Source: Geosiphon pyriformis uo1 (Eukaryota > Fungi > Glomeromycota). From it: a DNA stretch of 27,945 bases. The stretch is from contig JAAOMT010000509.1 of NCBI GenBank assembly GCA_016748015.1, positions 1 to 27,945 of the forward strand, written 5' to 3'. The notes under the pieces were generated by a model. The model was not told the origin of the DNA. It did no database searches and saw nothing but the letters and a program-made list of their open reading frames with translations. Shown here in pieces: positions 26,275 to 27,945 of the stretch; the first letter of the stretch is position 1; each line of letters opens with the position of its first letter. Position numbers and translations under genes: made by a program.

Positions 26275-27910
26275 ATGAGTATCAACATCGTCTTTACGCA
26301 AGATTATAAGCCGAACACTCACAAATTGTTCGAAATCCCGGCAGCCCTTTTGAGACTTTTTGAAACCCCACCCAACAATCAGAACTTAGATGCTTTTTCA
26401 GCATCAAGGTTTGTATTTTGAGTCAACGTACTTATGGTGTATATAACACAATAACAAAAGCCGTTCTCCAAAGTCTGTTCATCAAAGGTTCACCAGACGA
26501 TCAGGCTTTCCTCTGTACAAAGAATAAAACTTATAGCATTCGTCAACAACATTTCTCGGACTCTTTATTATTATTAACACCATGTGCTAATCAGTCGGCT
26601 GAAAAAGAAATAAAAGGTTCAGAAAGACGCCCAAAAAAATCAAATCTGGGTGTTTTTGATATTCTTCATTCTGTTGCCGAGTTAGTTCCTTGTATCCCTA
26701 ATTTTGAAAAATTAGTTGATTTATTGATGATAACTCCGTACAAAGGTCCTGATCAAGAAAAGAGGTATAGAGGTGTGAGTAAAAATTTAATATTATTACT
26801 AATTAAATTCATGATTAGACTATTAACTTTTTAAGCTGAATTTTTTATATATTTGAAGAAACCATTTTACTCATGGAATGATCTCGATGATTTAATTCCA
26901 GCTAGTCAAGAAGAGATAAAACAGTTCCTACGGAAATGTTTTGCATTAGAAATAAATGGTATTATTACTTCACTTTTATAAATCACTTCTATGATAAATT
27001 AAGCGAATAAGACAAAAAACTCAGCTTTTCTCTAAAAAATTGATATTCAAGGTTTTTGGAGATTTATAGACATGGAATATCTTTTTTATCTCTTAAAACA
27101 AATTCTCGATACTGCCATCATAAAAGATTGGCCGTTAGAGAAAGTCAAAGTTGAGGAATGTACCGATTTATTAATAGTTGATGGAATCCCCCCTATTTTA
27201 ACAGACCACTGCTTAAATTGCTTTGCCGAGAAAATTGATTATTCTGATGTTTCAGGTGGGGTAGCTAATTTCTTTGAGGAACTTTTTTCCTTTTGAATCG
27301 ATTTTTGACAAATTTGTATTTTTAGGTTCTTTTATCAGTCTATCAGAACCTAAAATTTGTTCGTTTATTGGAATTCAACTATTAACAAAAGAAATGAAGG
27401 TAGGTTAATTCTTTCACAGGCTTTATACAATGGATTTCATAGATCATCGATAAAACTTTGGTATTTATATGAGAAAAGCCATGGATCCTATCCGACTTCT
27501 TAGCATGTTGGAAGGCAAACGTACCAGATGAGTTCGACGTTTCATTTCAATTACTTAAGGTGCATAATTTTATTGTTCCTAGTCTGCTTAAAGCCCATAT
27601 TTAAGAGCGTGATATTATTTTTCCACACCAACATTAGGGAAATGCCATTAAAGAGTATGATTCAAAGATGGGATGCGATATGGTAGAATTATTCCTTTCT
27701 TCTAATCTACCAACGGATCCGGAAAAGAGATTTGTAGAAATTTTCAAGTTCCGACCCAAATGGCAACCTGATGATATCAAACCATATTTGGAGGATATAG
27801 TCGATGAAACTTTTCAGTCCCTTGAAAGTCTTTTATTAAAATACACAAGATTATCAAAAGGAAATGACGGAAAACCATTTTATCTGCCGAAATCTACACT
27901 GTTTTTATGA
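26275..27910 (+). CDS. DCC1: Sister chromatid cohesion protein Dcc1 (Ctf18-RFC subunit), 7 exons
   Basis: HKLFEIP..LFIKGSPDDQAFLCTKNKTYSIRQQHFSDSLLLL, YSWNDLDDLIPASQEEI, ALEINGFWRF, WKANVPDEF..LLKG, and LPTDPEKRFVEIFKFRPKWQPDDIKPYLEDI..LLLKYTR; TGA at 27908-27910. Confidence 0.93.
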
Positions 27911-27945
27911 AATATGATAATAGGTTTTTCTAATATTAATGAGCC

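Overview
Eukaryotic, intron-dense, AT-rich fungal DNA. The short ~60-110 nt introns, the presence of DDX42 and the CpG-depleted repeat island fit an early-diverging fungus, most plausibly Glomeromycota/Mucoromycota; the taxon is inferred. The ORF track fragments are mostly exons of seven spliced genes: ELP1/IKI3 (+, 5'-truncated by the window), NOP2 (-), DDX42 (+), an Msb2-type signalling mucin (+), a Nem1/CTDNEP1-type phosphatase (-), an orphan membrane protein (-) and DCC1 (+). Two gene pairs share ~180-bp head-to-head promoters. Between DDX42 and MSB2 lies a ~3-kb CpG-desert island of decayed repeats (direct plus internally inverted copies), followed by a long regulatory region and 5' leader. 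I found no tRNA, rRNA, CRISPR array or intact transposon, and no unambiguous novel system. The best leads are: (i) the Msb2 locus, with Ste12/Tec1-like sites and an ATG-depleted, probably spliced leader with one uORF; (ii) transition-only hypermutation of the repeat island that extends beyond CpG; (iii) the orphan hairpin-membrane protein next to NEM1.
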